54,492 nt of DNA from an uncultured Methanoregula sp. (GCA_964626125.1 CAZVFG010000001.1:1-54492), one strand, 5' to 3'; positions 35,337 through 45,630 are shown, numbered from the stretch's first letter. The notes: generated by a model from the sequence alone, not told the origin. Program-made: numbers and translations.

Positions 35337-36854
35337 TTGCGGGGGATTGCCTTCTTCACCGATAGCCATGCCCGTGGAGAAGTCACTGTTTTTGATACCA
35401 CGCTCCGGGACGGAGAACAGACCCCGGGGATAGCATTCACCTTTGAACAGAAGCTTGAGATTGCACGCCAGCTCTCCGATATTGGCGTCCATGCAATAGA
35501 AGCGGGATTTCCTGCATCAAGCAAAGCCGAGAAGGAAACAATTACTGCCATCAAAAAGCTCGGTCTTGAAGCGAAAATCTGCGGTCTTGCCCGCATGACA
35601 AAAGCAGACGTCAACGCTTGCCTCGATTGTGATGTCGACATAGTGCATGTCTTCATCCCGACCTCCGATATCCAGCGCATCAACACGATCAACAAGACCC
35701 GTGAAGAAGTGCTCGAGATCTCAACAGAGATCATCCATTACGTCCGCGACCATATCGGGCTCTGCATGTTCTCGGCGATGGACGCGACCCGTACGGATTG
35801 GGACTACCTGATTCGGGTATTCCAGAGTGCAGCTGATGCGGGTGCAACGATTATCAACGTGCCGGATACTGTCGGAGTCATCTCCCCGTCAGGAATGAAG
35901 ACACTCATCACCCGGATTGCACGGGAGGTTGACTGCCCTATCGATGTCCACTGCCACAACGATTTCGGGCTTGCAGTTGCAAACACGATTGCCGCGGTTG
36001 AAGCCGGTGCCTCGCAGGTGCAGGTCACGGTGAACGGACTTGGCGAACGGGCGGGTAACGCGGATCTCGGTCAGAGCGTCATGATCATGGAATCGATCTA
36101 CCGGATCAGGACCGGAATCAGAATGGAACGTCTGGTCGAGACCTCACGGCTTGTTTCCAGGTTCTCGGGGATCGCCATCCCGCCGACTCAGCCGGTGGTC
36201 GGCGAGAATGTCTTCTCGCATGAGAGCGGCATCCATTCACACGGCGTGATCAAATGCTCCGAGACATTTGAGCCCGGTATTATGACGCCGGAGATGGTCG
36301 GGCACCGCCGGAGACTTACGCTGGGCAAGCATGTCGGCCGGCACGCGGTGCGCCAGATTCTCAGCGATGTCCATATCAGCCCCAGTGACACCGAGCTTGA
36401 CACGATCGTAGAGAAGGTCAAAGCAATCGCAAACAGGGGAAAGAGGGTGACCGATGCTGACCTTTACGAGATCTCCGAGAGCACGATGGGCATCGAGCTG
36501 AACCATAAGGTGCTCACGCTGCAGGACATCGCAATCATGACAGGAAACCACATGATCCCGACAGCAAGCGTCAAGGCGACCGTCAACGGGGAGGAGCATG
36601 TCCACTCCAGCGTCGGTAATGGCCCGGTCGATGCGGCGCTTAACGCAATCCTCGGCATCGTGCCCGCCCGCGTCCAGTTAAAAGAGTTCAATATCCAGGC
36701 AATCTCCGGGGGCTCGGACGCGATATGCCACGTAACTATCGCCGTCGAAGACGAACACGGCAGGATCTTCGATGCAAGCGGGAGCGGGGACGACATCGTG
36801 CTCGCATCAGTCGAGGCACTGGTCAACGCGATCAACCTGACAAGCAGGGTTTGA
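35337..36854 (+). CDS. 2-isopropylmalate synthase / (R)-citramalate synthase family enzyme with LeuA-type C-terminal regulatory domain
   Basis: VFDTTLRDGEQTPG, HCHNDFGLAVANT, SHESGIHSHG, plus a C-terminal dimerisation/regulatory domain. TTG start. LeuA and CimA cannot be separated by eye. Confidence 0.85.
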   Translation: MRGIAFFTDSHARGEVTVFDTTLRDGEQTPGIAFTFEQKLEIARQLSDIGVHAIEAGFPASSKAEKETITAIKKLGLEAKICGLARMTKADVNACLDCDVDIVHVFIPTSDIQRINTINKTREEVLEISTEIIHYVRDHIGLCMFSAMDATRTDWDYLIRVFQSAADAGATIINVPDTVGVISPSGMKTLITRIAREVDCPIDVHCHNDFGLAVANTIAAVEAGASQVQVTVNGLGERAGNADLGQSVMIMESIYRIRTGIRMERLVETSRLVSRFSGIAIPPTQPVVGENVFSHESGIHSHGVIKCSETFEPGIMTPEMVGHRRRLTLGKHVGRHAVRQILSDVHISPSDTELDTIVEKVKAIANRGKRVTDADLYEISESTMGIELNHKVLTLQDIAIMTGNHMIPTASVKATVNGEEHVHSSVGNGPVDAALNAILGIVPARVQLKEFNIQAISGGSDAICHVTIAVEDEHGRIFDASGSGDDIVLASVEALVNAINLTSRV

Positions 36855-36863
36855 TCCATTCAA

Positions 36864-36870
36864 TTTTTTT
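36864..36870 (+). terminator. oligo-T (T7) after cimA/leuA; the adjacent A6 run (36882-36887) serves the converging pfdB
   Basis: CAATTTTTTTAAAAAATTCGCAAAAAAGG lies between the two converging stops. Confidence 0.45.
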
Positions 36871-36905
36871 AAAAAATTCGCAAAAAAGGTAAATGAAAAG
36901 ATTCA

Positions 36906-37268
36906 CTAAGCCGCAGTCGGTGCGCCCTTGCCCTCAAGTGCCGCCTTGATCTGTGCCTGCAGCTGCTCGAACTTGCCCTGCAGCATCTTTTCCTGTTTTT
37001 CTAAGGATTTGATCCGCAATTCGAGCGTCTCCACCTTATCAGCAAGCTTTGAGTTCACGACATCCTTTTTCTTCTGCATCATCACGCTGCCGACACTCAT
37101 GTACATTGCTGCGTCATCAGGAAGATCCTTTATCTCCTCCGCAGCCCGCTTTGCCTCGCGTGCTGCCATCTCGTATTGAGCCTTCTGGGATAGGATCGTC
37201 TGGAGCTGCTGCTGCACCTGCTGGAGCATCGCAACCTGATTCTGCACTTTGGGTGAAATATTGTTCAT
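36906..37268 (-). CDS. pfdB: prefoldin subunit beta
   Basis: Coiled-coil / beta-hairpin / coiled-coil: QVAMLQQVQQQLQ ... MYMSVGSVMMQ ... LELRIKSLEKQEKML. Confidence 0.9.
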   Translation of the reverse strand: MNNISPKVQNQVAMLQQVQQQLQTILSQKAQYEMAAREAKRAAEEIKDLPDDAAMYMSVGSVMMQKKKDVVNSKLADKVETLELRIKSLEKQEKMLQGKFEQLQAQIKAALEGKGAPTAA

Positions 37269-37429
37269 ATGAACACTCCATCTGTATTAGTATTCAGGAT
37301 ATCCGTACCCGGTTCACCGGGTGTGGTAAATAATCCCTGTTGTAGTATAATGTACGGTTCCGAGGTAAAAATAAGTAATCATTAGACTCTGTATCAGGGA
37401 ATGATAAAAAAATGATCGCATGACTGCCA

Positions 37430-37675
37430 TTATACGAGATCCTGCATCTCGTCTGCGACACTGATGAGACGGAGGTACATGTTGAGTGCCGCCCGCATAG
37501 CAGACAAGTCTTCTGCGGCAACTGACAGGACGAGCACCTCATTTGCTTCCAGCACACATCGTGCCTTTGACCGCTGGTTCACTTCATCGGAAAGCTCCGG
37601 AAGGAGCGCCCGGTATATCTTTTTGGCGTTTTTTGTTGTGAACCGGAACACAGCCTCATGAGACATTAGTGGCAT
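37430..37675 (-). CDS. pcc1: KEOPS complex subunit Pcc1
   Basis: 81 aa, with the Pcc1 pattern (A.KIYRALLPE...RS...LVLSVAAEDLSAMRAALNMYLRLI) and the conserved position between rpoP and pfdB. Confidence 0.8.
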   Translation of the reverse strand: MPLMSHEAVFRFTTKNAKKIYRALLPELSDEVNQRSKARCVLEANEVLVLSVAAEDLSAMRAALNMYLRLISVADEMQDLV

Positions 37676-37754
37676 GCACGATCACGGTGAAGAGTCAGAA
37701 AAGGATCGATAAAAAAGGTATGGATCTGATGCTGGTATTCAGGATGCGGTGTCG

Positions 37755-37889
37755 CTACCGCCCCTTGAGCTCTTTGATTGCAGCCCCGCGTTCCTTGAAG
37801 AGAATGCGGTGCCCGCAGTACGGGCAGCGGACGTTGATGTCGATCTCAACTTTCTGTTTGCACCGTGCACACTTATAGGAGCTGACCAT
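37755..37889 (-). CDS. rpoP: DNA-directed RNA polymerase subunit P (Rpo12), 44 aa
   Basis: Hand-translated: [44 protein letters not shown]. It has the CxxC...CxxC zinc ribbon and is below the ORF-track cutoff. Confidence 0.9.
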   Translation of the reverse strand: MVSSYKCARCKQKVEIDINVRCPYCGHRILFKERGAAIKELKGR

Positions 37890-37901
37890 GGTTGACCCGG
37901 C

Positions 37902-38201
37902 TTATGAACCGTTTTTGTCCTTCTCAAGGGTCCGATCGATCGTGCGCAGCGCAATGCGCAGTGCCGGGGTCATTGGCTGGTATGCACCGCCGGCAAATTT
38001 GTAGCTGCATTTCCGGCACTCCCAGATGCCGGTTCCCTGCCGGTGTACTGCGATGGTATCACACTGTGGGCAGCGGTGGGATGCACGTGCGATTTTCTCG
38101 ACATCTGCGACCCGTTTTCGGGTGAACCTTCCGTACCTGCATCCAAAGCGCCCCGCACTTCCGGTCACTTTTCCTTTTGCTGTCTGATGTGAACCCGCCA
38201 T
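37902..38201 (-). CDS. rpl37ae: 50S ribosomal protein L37Ae (eL43)
   Basis: GSAGRFGCRYG, CPQC...CRKC zinc ribbon. ATG 38201 (MAGSHQ). Confidence 0.9.
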   Translation of the reverse strand: MAGSHQTAKGKVTGSAGRFGCRYGRFTRKRVADVEKIARASHRCPQCDTIAVHRQGTGIWECRKCSYKFAGGAYQPMTPALRIALRTIDRTLEKDKNGS

Positions 38202-38243
38202 GAAAATAACCACCAGTATGTCCTATACTGTTTGTTGTGACAA

Positions 38244-38948
38244 TTAATATACTTGATTGAGGATCTTTACGACCCCTTCACCCTTCGTAATCTTATTGAT
38301 CAGGTCATAGAACTCGGTCTGGATTCCGGCGGGGATCCGCACGACACAGATCCATGATCCGTCTTTCTGCCACTCTTCCTTTTCAATCGTTGAGGCAGAT
38401 GAGATGTCCCCGAATGCACGTCCCGCGAAATCAGCGGGTATCTTCACCGCAATCCTGAGCTCTTCGAATCGGAGAGGGAGAAGGGGACGAAGCGCTTTGA
38501 CCGTCTCCTTGACCATTTCATCGAGATGTTTGAATGGATCGATGTTGATCCTTGCCTCTTCCATGGCCATCTCGATGCGCTGCGGAGGGTGAGGGTGCCC
38601 GGTTTGTGGGTTGACTGCGTTCCGCGAGATAAATGTAATCACCTGCCGGCGCTTCTCCTCGATCATGTGCCTCCGCTGTTCCGCGGTCAGGTGGATCTCA
38701 CCTTTTTCGATAATCCGGTGGGCAACCGTGGGAAAATCGGTGGTATGGAAGACCTTATTGAGTGACTCTTCGGATGCCCGGGTACCGCGCGAAGCATTGG
38801 AGAAGACATTGAGTGCGGCTACAACGTCTTCAATATCGATCTTCTCCCCCTGCCGGACTTTTGCTGCCTGGTTCGGGTCAACGAGTAGTTCAAAGCGCTC
38901 CCCGTAACTCTCAAGCCGCGCTATTACGGTCTTATCCAGCGGGATCAT
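38244..38948 (-). CDS. ribosome maturation protein SBDS/Sdo1 homolog
   Basis: VIARLESYGERFELLVDP, NVFSNASRG, INIDPFK. Confidence 0.9.
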   Translation of the reverse strand: MIPLDKTVIARLESYGERFELLVDPNQAAKVRQGEKIDIEDVVAALNVFSNASRGTRASEESLNKVFHTTDFPTVAHRIIEKGEIHLTAEQRRHMIEEKRRQVITFISRNAVNPQTGHPHPPQRIEMAMEEARINIDPFKHLDEMVKETVKALRPLLPLRFEELRIAVKIPADFAGRAFGDISSASTIEKEEWQKDGSWICVVRIPAGIQTEFYDLINKITKGEGVVKILNQVY

Positions 38949-38954
38949 AGCCGG

Positions 38955-39677
38955 TCACTGCTTGAACTGTTCTACAAATGCGGCAACTTCCTCTTTGGTC
39001 ATCTTGCGGAAGACGGGCTTTTCCCTGCTGATGACCCCGATCTCAACCGTATCGACATCAAACTTCCCTTCAGTAGCGGAGTGCAGCGCCTTCAGGCCTA
39101 GCAAAATGACATCCTTGGTCCCCATATCAGGAGTATATTCTTCTTCAAAGACCTTCATCGCAGCGGGTCTCCCGATCCCGATGCCTGTTGCCTTGTACTC
39201 GAGGAGGGTACCGGAGGGGTCAGTCTCGAAAAGCCGGCACTCTCCATCGGAAACCCCGGCGATCAGGAGCGCGGTGCCGTACGGCCGGATCCCACCGTAC
39301 TGGGTAAGCGTCTGCATATGGTCGCAGAGCTTCTTTGCAAGCGCCTCGACTTCAATCCGTTCATCGTAGGAGACACGGTTGATCTGGCACTCGATCCGGG
39401 CACGATCGACAAGCGCCCGTGCATCACCAACAAGCCCTGATGAGGCGACACCGATGTGTTCATCAATCTTGAAAATTTTTTCAATTGACGAGGGTTCGAG
39501 CAGCTTGCTGCTCACGCGTTTGTCGACAATAAGTACGACGCCGTCCTTTGCCTTGATCCCGACTGCGGTCGTCCCGCGCTTTACAGCCTCCCGTGCGTAT
39601 TCCACCTGGTAGAGCCTGCCATCAGGTGAAAAAACGGTAATCGCCCGATCGTATCCCATCTGGTATTGTGGTTGCAT
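38955..39677 (-). CDS. psmA: proteasome subunit alpha
   Basis: [27 protein letters not shown]. Confidence 0.95.
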   Translation of the reverse strand: MQPQYQMGYDRAITVFSPDGRLYQVEYAREAVKRGTTAVGIKAKDGVVLIVDKRVSSKLLEPSSIEKIFKIDEHIGVASSGLVGDARALVDRARIECQINRVSYDERIEVEALAKKLCDHMQTLTQYGGIRPYGTALLIAGVSDGECRLFETDPSGTLLEYKATGIGIGRPAAMKVFEEEYTPDMGTKDVILLGLKALHSATEGKFDVDTVEIGVISREKPVFRKMTKEEVAAFVEQFKQ

Positions 39678-40171
39678 CAGATATCCTCCAGATCATCTCT
39701 TGTCAAAAAGAATCGTGTTGTATTTTTAAATCCCTTTTCAATTACATCAACCTTCTGACCTGAACAATGGCAGACCTCGTAGCTCCGCCCATCAATGGTG
39801 CACTCATCAGGCGGGACAACAGGTGTTTCTGGTGCCCGCAGGATTGCCATCCGCTCCCGCAGGCTCTCGATCGTCCCCGATGTGGCGAGCGTCCGCAGGG
39901 CTATCCGCTGACCGGCACAGGAAATTACCGTCGTCAGCGCGATAGCTAGTTCACGTTCCGTCCCCCGCCGGCAGCGCACGACCACGTACCCATGCTCTGC
40001 TGTGACGACCGCCATGTGGATCAGGGCAGCTGCGGCATCTCCCCAGAGCGACGACACCGCTTCATGCACGGCATAATACAGCTCTTTCTGATCGGGGACG
40101 GTGCCTGCAGGCTCGGTTCGTAGAAGCATGTACCTGCGTTTTTCCCGCAGTGTAGGAGGACGGGACGTCAC
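39677..40171 (-). CDS. rnp2: RNase P protein component 2 (Pop5/Rpp14 family) with about 40-aa C-terminal extension
   Basis: [22 protein letters not shown], and the conserved position between rnp3 and psmA. Its stop overlaps the psmA ATG by 1 nt. Confidence 0.8.
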   Translation of the reverse strand: MTSRPPTLREKRRYMLLRTEPAGTVPDQKELYYAVHEAVSSLWGDAAAALIHMAVVTAEHGYVVVRCRRGTERELAIALTTVISCAGQRIALRTLATSGTIESLRERMAILRAPETPVVPPDECTIDGRSYEVCHCSGQKVDVIEKGFKNTTRFFLTRDDLEDI

Positions 40172-40809
40172 TGGATCACCCGGACTGCGGAGCGTGGTGA
40201 CCGTAACACCCCGACATTCGAAAGCGCCCGTTCCATATCAGGGATATCCAGTCCGATAACCGAGGCCAGTGCACTGAATTCGCGAACCGATCGCATCTCC
40301 AGAACCGACCGGGCATGGGTGGAGATAACAAGAGGAAAACCGAATTTCCGGTACAGCAGGATGACATCATGATACCGTTCCAGTGCCCGCTGTCGCACCA
40401 CCCCGCGTTCTTTGATGACAGGCGCGAGGCTGATATCAATGGCAACCCCGTTATCTGCCGCCATCTTCGCTGTCACGTGGTCGAACGAGTACCGGTCAGT
40501 CCGGTGGATCCCACGGAGGATATGGACCCCCCGTATCCCCAGCACCGTCCGGTTCCGCCCGTTATCACCTGCCTGTACTGATACGATCGCACCGGTCTCC
40601 TTTGAGCGCTTCACCCTGGATGCGACTTCTTGTACCGGAACATCACGGATCACTACACCGCTTACCACATTCACACCAGCATACTCGCACGCCGGGGTAT
40701 CAACTGCAATCATGCTGTCAAACCCAAGGCCGTGTGCCTCAAGCGCCATACGCCGGACAGATGAATCGCCGGCAGGGCGGGGAAAGACACAGGCGTCAGT
40801 GATCTTCAT
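40168..40809 (-). CDS. rnp3: RNase P protein component 3 (Rpp30 family)
   Basis: TIM-barrel-like PHP pattern, conserved position, and a 4-nt overlap with rnp2. Confidence 0.8.
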   Translation of the reverse strand: MKITDACVFPRPAGDSSVRRMALEAHGLGFDSMIAVDTPACEYAGVNVVSGVVIRDVPVQEVASRVKRSKETGAIVSVQAGDNGRNRTVLGIRGVHILRGIHRTDRYSFDHVTAKMAADNGVAIDISLAPVIKERGVVRQRALERYHDVILLYRKFGFPLVISTHARSVLEMRSVREFSALASVIGLDIPDMERALSNVGVLRSPRSAVRVIQ

Positions 40810-40839
40810 GATGGGATATTATCGGAAAAAAGGATAAGA

Positions 40840-41430
40840 TTATTTGCCTTGGTTTGCATGGGAGCGGATGGACGGGCGGGTCTTTTCGGTACCGATACCA
40901 CGTGTACCCATGCCACGGCCCCGGCGCCCGGCAGCGGTCTTACCGCGCTCGGCGCGCCCGCGGTGTGATGGATTCCCGACCCAGGACAACTTCCGGTCGC
41001 TCCTGATCGCCGGGTGGTGACCGTCAACGAGGATAACCTCGTAATATTTCAGCTTCCCGTCCTGGCCGACCCAGTAGGAGTTCAGCACCTCCATGTTCGG
41101 GAACCGGCGTGACGCGCGCTCCTCGGCGATTCGCTGCAGGCTCTTTGCGGGAGTGATCCGGTTTTTTCCCATCCGTGCGGAACGGCGTGCGCGGACATAC
41201 CGCGAGCGCCGGCGGCCCCCCCTGCGGACCTTCACGCGTGCGACGGCAATGCCCTGCTTGGCGCGGAAGCCGAGCGCCCGTGCCCGGTCGATGCGGGTCG
41301 GGTGTTCGACACGGACGACGCTTCCCTCGCGGCGCCACACCTGCATCCGGTCCCAGAGAAGCGCTTTCACATCACTCTTGTCAGGCTTCTTCCATGCCTC
41401 CCTGACATAGGCATACATCGATTTGACCAT
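40840..41430 (-). CDS. rpl15e: 50S ribosomal protein L15e
   Basis: [28 protein letters not shown]. Confidence 0.95.
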   Translation of the reverse strand: MVKSMYAYVREAWKKPDKSDVKALLWDRMQVWRREGSVVRVEHPTRIDRARALGFRAKQGIAVARVKVRRGGRRRSRYVRARRSARMGKNRITPAKSLQRIAEERASRRFPNMEVLNSYWVGQDGKLKYYEVILVDGHHPAIRSDRKLSWVGNPSHRGRAERGKTAAGRRGRGMGTRGIGTEKTRPSIRSHANQGK

Positions 41431-41547
41431 GTACTGTCACCTTCAGGTTCAGCCCGAAAAACGGGCCACATTCCTTTACGGGACGCATCCCGTATTCCTT
41501 AATAGTATGGCTGCCAGGTTATAAAAAAACTCGGGTGCTCTGCCGCG

Positions 41548-42015
41548 TCAGTTGCCTTTGCGTTTTTCAAGAACCCGGATCTCTGAAATTCTTGTTGCTG
41601 GATACTGCCCGTCCTTGTCCTTCTCAGCCGACTTCACCATGTCCCAGATCGTGAGGAGCGCAATGGAAGCACCTGTTAGCGCTTCCATCTCCACCCCCGT
41701 CTTTCCCAGTGACTTCACGCGCACGGTCGCCTCGATGAACCCGTCTCCTTCCATAAAATCAACGGTAATAGCACCGATGGGAATCGGGTGGCACATGGGA
41801 ATGAGACGCGAGGTGTCCTTGATGGCAATCGTCGCCGCGACCCGCGCTGTGGCAAGTACATTGCCCTTTATCACGGTTCCCTCGCGGATCGCCCGCAATG
41901 TCTCGTCCCGCAGGTAGATCCTTCCGCTGGCAACTGCCTCACGCGTGACATCAGTTTTTGAAGTCACGTCAACCATCTGTGCACGGTCATTTTTGATATG
42001 CGAGAACTCAGCCAT
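41548..42015 (-). CDS. moaC: cyclic pyranopterin monophosphate synthase accessory protein MoaC
   Basis: MVDVTSK, LIPMCHPI, GVEMEALTG. ATG 42015 overlaps the nnr stop by 1 nt. The ORF-track extension to 42141 is not coding. Confidence 0.9.
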   Translation of the reverse strand: MAEFSHIKNDRAQMVDVTSKTDVTREAVASGRIYLRDETLRAIREGTVIKGNVLATARVAATIAIKDTSRLIPMCHPIPIGAITVDFMEGDGFIEATVRVKSLGKTGVEMEALTGASIALLTIWDMVKSAEKDKDGQYPATRISEIRVLEKRKGN

Positions 42016-43418
42016 CAGAACCTCCCGTTTCCAAACAGCTCGGCAGGGATGCGGTCGACCAGATCGGAAGCGAGCATTCCCGCGCCGCGTTCCTTCTCCA
42101 CCAGCATTCCTGCCCTGCCATTCACATATGCTGCGATGCATGCCGCTTCAAATGCCGGTACGTGGCAGAGAAGGGCACCGGCGACACCGGCAAGTACATC
42201 CCCGGTGCCTCCCACCGTCATGGAAGGGGAGCCGGTGCGATTAAACCGGACACGATCACCATCAGTGATCACATCGGTCGGCCCTTTGAGGAGCACCGTG
42301 CCCGGAAGCTTTGCTTCTTTTGCTGCACGCGCCCGCCTGACAGGGCTGTTGTCGACGGTAATCCCGGTGATCCTGGTAAACTCCCCGGCATGGGGAGTAT
42401 ACATTGTTTCTCCCCGCGCCACGGGCAGCGGGAGCTGCAGGGCGTCGGCATCGAATACCGCTTTTGTGCAATGGGGTGCAATGGCACAGATGACATCGTG
42501 GCTCTCTTTGCCAAGACCATTGCCACAGACGACCACATCTGCTTTTTTGATGACCGCGATGAGCTGATCGACATGTTCCATCCCGATTTTCCGGGCACCG
42601 ATCGGTTCGTAGATCAAATCGGGGACCGGTTCAAAGACGGGGGATGCAATCCGCACGATGTCGGCACCCGCCCGAAGCGCGCCAAGACCGGCGAGGTATG
42701 GTGCACCCTGGTACGGGCCCCCGCCGATCACAAGCACCTCCCCTCCCACTCCTTTGTGAGCGTCCTCCCCGCGTTTCGGGAGCAGGGTAAGTTCACCAGG
42801 CCCGACACAGCATTCGGCCTCTATGGGAATGCCAATGTCCACGACGGTGGATCCATCGACTTTGGAGCGGTGGAAGGCACAGATCCGGTCTGCCCGCATG
42901 CCGGGTGTTGGTATATCTGCAGCGATGATCAGCGCTTTTGATGCATTGCCGAGGTCGATGCATGCCAAAAGTGGCTCCTGCAGGGTACCGGAAGCACCGA
43001 TACCAAGCAATGCATCGATGATAACGTCAGCCTGTTCGAACAGTTGTCGCCGGCTCATTACATCTTCACGGCACTGCATCGGATGGAGCCCGACCCGGCA
43101 GTGGGTGAGCGCCCGGAGCTGATGCTCGCACAAAGGGGATCGGGGCGCACCATCCAGATAACAGACATCCGTAGAGATCCCGCACTGGAGGTGGCGTGCC
43201 GCAACCATCCCGTCGCCTCCATTGTTTCCACGCCCGCAGAGAACAAGGACGCGGGCGGGGTGCTCGCACAGGGCAGAATCTGCCAGTGATCTGCCCGCAC
43301 TTTCCATGAGCTGGATCCCGCTTACTCCAAGTGCAACCGCGTTCCTGTCCACAACCCGCATGCGGGCTGGAGAGATCAGTCCGCGTTCAAGAAACTCTTC
43401 GATACCGTCCCGCCACAT
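42015..43418 (-). CDS. nnr: bifunctional NAD(P)H-hydrate repair enzyme (YjeF_N epimerase + ADP-dependent dehydratase)
   Basis: LCGRGNNGGDG (YjeF_N) and the C-terminal GGTGDVLAG carbohydrate-kinase motif. Confidence 0.85.
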   Translation of the reverse strand: MWRDGIEEFLERGLISPARMRVVDRNAVALGVSGIQLMESAGRSLADSALCEHPARVLVLCGRGNNGGDGMVAARHLQCGISTDVCYLDGAPRSPLCEHQLRALTHCRVGLHPMQCREDVMSRRQLFEQADVIIDALLGIGASGTLQEPLLACIDLGNASKALIIAADIPTPGMRADRICAFHRSKVDGSTVVDIGIPIEAECCVGPGELTLLPKRGEDAHKGVGGEVLVIGGGPYQGAPYLAGLGALRAGADIVRIASPVFEPVPDLIYEPIGARKIGMEHVDQLIAVIKKADVVVCGNGLGKESHDVICAIAPHCTKAVFDADALQLPLPVARGETMYTPHAGEFTRITGITVDNSPVRRARAAKEAKLPGTVLLKGPTDVITDGDRVRFNRTGSPSMTVGGTGDVLAGVAGALLCHVPAFEAACIAAYVNGRAGMLVEKERGAGMLASDLVDRIPAELFGNGRF

Positions 43419-43462
43419 TGCCAGTACAATTCATGTGTATGAAGTCCTAAATAATATACAGG

Positions 43463-44863
43463 ATGGGTTTTTGTGATGATGTGAGAGCCGCTGCGGAGAC
43501 TATCACAGCGGAAGGTGAGATAACCATCATATCCCATATCGATGCGGACGGCATCGCAAGCGAAGCCATCCTCTCGCAGGCGATCGCCCGTGCAGAAATC
43601 CCGCACCGCTCGGTTTTTATCCGCCAGCTCGAACCGCTCACGATGCCGCAGTTGCCATCGGATCATTCATTCAAAATCCTGGCCGATCTCGGTGCAGGAC
43701 AGCAGAACCTTCTGGAAAAACGCGGTTTTTCAGAGAATGAGATCCTGATTGTCGACCATCACGTCAGCCAGCCCTGCACCCGGCAGTACCGGCAGGTAAA
43801 CTGCCTGCCCTATGGTCATCAGAAGATGAGCGCTGCCGGTGTCTCATACCTGATCGCAAAGGCAATGGATGCAAAAAATACTGACCTGGCGAAGACGGCA
43901 ATCATCGGCAACGTCGGTGATATGATGGCGCGGGAGACGTGCGGGCTTGTCGGACCTGTACGGGATGTGATTGTAAATGACGGAATAAAGCACCGGAACG
44001 TGGAGGTGCGCTTGCGGGACCTGAACTGCTACGGTACCGCGACCCGCCCGCTTTACCTGTCGCTTGCCTATAACGATGACCCATTCATCAGGGGCATCAG
44101 CAACAACCCGGAAGGTGCAAAGCAGTTCCTGCGCCGGCTCGGGATCAGGCAACAGACAAAAGAGGGGCGCTGGCTGGTCTGGGAGGAATATACTCTTTCT
44201 GACCAGCGCACGATCATTTCAGCGCTCGCAGAACAACTCATCGCCAATGGTGAACCGGTCGACAGGCTGCTCGCTGAGACCTATTCTTTCCCCGATGAAC
44301 CCGTCCGAACCCCATTGCGCAATGCACAGGAATACGCCACCCTGCTCAATGCCTGTGGCAGGTGGGCACGCCCCCATGTCGGGAGTGCGATCCTGAAGGG
44401 GGATCGCGGCAGCCATTACCGTGAAGCAGAGCATATGCTCAACAACCACCGCGCCATTATCCGCGACCTGCTCGGTTATATCCTTGATACCGGAGTGACC
44501 GAGCTTGAATGGCTCCAGTATATCCACGTTGGGACAAAATATCCCGACACGATTGTCGGCATCGGCGCTGGTATGGCCCTTTCGAAACTGAACAGTGCAA
44601 AGCCCATTCTGATTATGTGCTCGGTACCGGAGGACCCGAACCTGACCAAGGTCTCGATGCGCACGACAGAGCGCGTTGTTGCCCGTGGCATTGACCTCCA
44701 GCAGGCGATCAGCGATGCCTCCGCAGAGTATGGCGGCGGGGGCGGCGGGCACCGGATCGCGGCGGGCGCGTTTATCCCGAAAGTTGCAGAACAGGAGTTT
44801 GTCATCCGTGTCAACAGATTACTCAAAGAACAGTCTGGTGCGCCGGGTCCAGACCATCGCTGA
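43463..44863 (+). CDS. archaeal RecJ-like DHH/DHHA1 nuclease
   Basis: ISHIDADGIAS, VDHH, and GGGGGGHRIAAGA. Confidence 0.8.
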   Translation: MGFCDDVRAAAETITAEGEITIISHIDADGIASEAILSQAIARAEIPHRSVFIRQLEPLTMPQLPSDHSFKILADLGAGQQNLLEKRGFSENEILIVDHHVSQPCTRQYRQVNCLPYGHQKMSAAGVSYLIAKAMDAKNTDLAKTAIIGNVGDMMARETCGLVGPVRDVIVNDGIKHRNVEVRLRDLNCYGTATRPLYLSLAYNDDPFIRGISNNPEGAKQFLRRLGIRQQTKEGRWLVWEEYTLSDQRTIISALAEQLIANGEPVDRLLAETYSFPDEPVRTPLRNAQEYATLLNACGRWARPHVGSAILKGDRGSHYREAEHMLNNHRAIIRDLLGYILDTGVTELEWLQYIHVGTKYPDTIVGIGAGMALSKLNSAKPILIMCSVPEDPNLTKVSMRTTERVVARGIDLQQAISDASAEYGGGGGGHRIAAGAFIPKVAEQEFVIRVNRLLKEQSGAPGPDHR

Positions 44864-45284
44864 CTACCAGTTCGGGGGTCTTGCCGGAACGGCTCTCTTC
44901 CCGGACGGGTGTGAGTTTATCCTGTCGACAACGGGGCGTATACGCCAGATCCTTTTTGAGGGAAAGCGCCTTGCGACAGTACGTGCCCGTGACGGCCGGC
45001 TCACGCTGGGCATTGAAGGGGCCCGTCGTCTCCATGCGATCCTCCCCGCACCAGGCTACCGGGTCGTCATCCGCGACGATGTAGCGGAGTTTATGGCACA
45101 GGGAAAGAACACCTTTGCAAAGCACGTGGTATCCGCCGACCCCCGGATCCGTGCCGGCGATGAGGTGCTCGTGGTCAGCGGTGATGACCGGCTGGTCGCC
45201 TGCGGAACTGCGATGCTCTCGGGGGAGGAGATGCTGGCATTTAATTACGGTGGAGCGGTAAAAGTACGGCAGGGGAGTGCATAA
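44838..45284 (+). CDS. PUA-domain RNA-binding protein (GTG start; alternative GTG at 44808)
   Basis: RRVQTIADYQFG at the N-terminus and a C-terminal PUA pattern (IRAGDEVLVV...LVACGTAMLSGEEM). It overlaps the end of the RecJ-like gene. Confidence 0.7.
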   Translation: MRRVQTIADYQFGGLAGTALFPDGCEFILSTTGRIRQILFEGKRLATVRARDGRLTLGIEGARRLHAILPAPGYRVVIRDDVAEFMAQGKNTFAKHVVSADPRIRAGDEVLVVSGDDRLVACGTAMLSGEEMLAFNYGGAVKVRQGSA

Positions 45285-45285
45285 C

Positions 45286-45630
45286 ATGTTACCCGGAAAC
45301 GTCAACCCGCGTCAGATGAAAGCGATGATGAAGAAGCTTGGCATGAATGTTGAGCCGATCGACAACGTGCAAGAGATCGTGATCAGGACTGCACAGGGAA
45401 ACTACATCTTTGATTCGGCTGAGGTGACTGCCATGACGATGCAGGGGGTCACCACCTACCAGATTGTCGGGCAGCCGCGATTTGAGGAACCTGTGGCGGA
45501 GATCCCCGCAGACGACATTGCCATGGTCGCCTCCCAGGCCGGCGTCGCTGAGGCTGCAGCGAAAGCAGCCCTGATTGCGACCAAAGGGGATATTGCCGAA
45601 GCGATCCTCCGCCTTGCGAACCATGATTGA
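45286..45630 (+). CDS. nac: nascent polypeptide-associated complex protein (NAC + UBA)
   Basis: NPRQMKAMMKKLGM, and a UBA tail (AKAALIATKGDIAEAI). Confidence 0.9.
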   Translation: MLPGNVNPRQMKAMMKKLGMNVEPIDNVQEIVIRTAQGNYIFDSAEVTAMTMQGVTTYQIVGQPRFEEPVAEIPADDIAMVASQAGVAEAAAKAALIATKGDIAEAILRLANHD

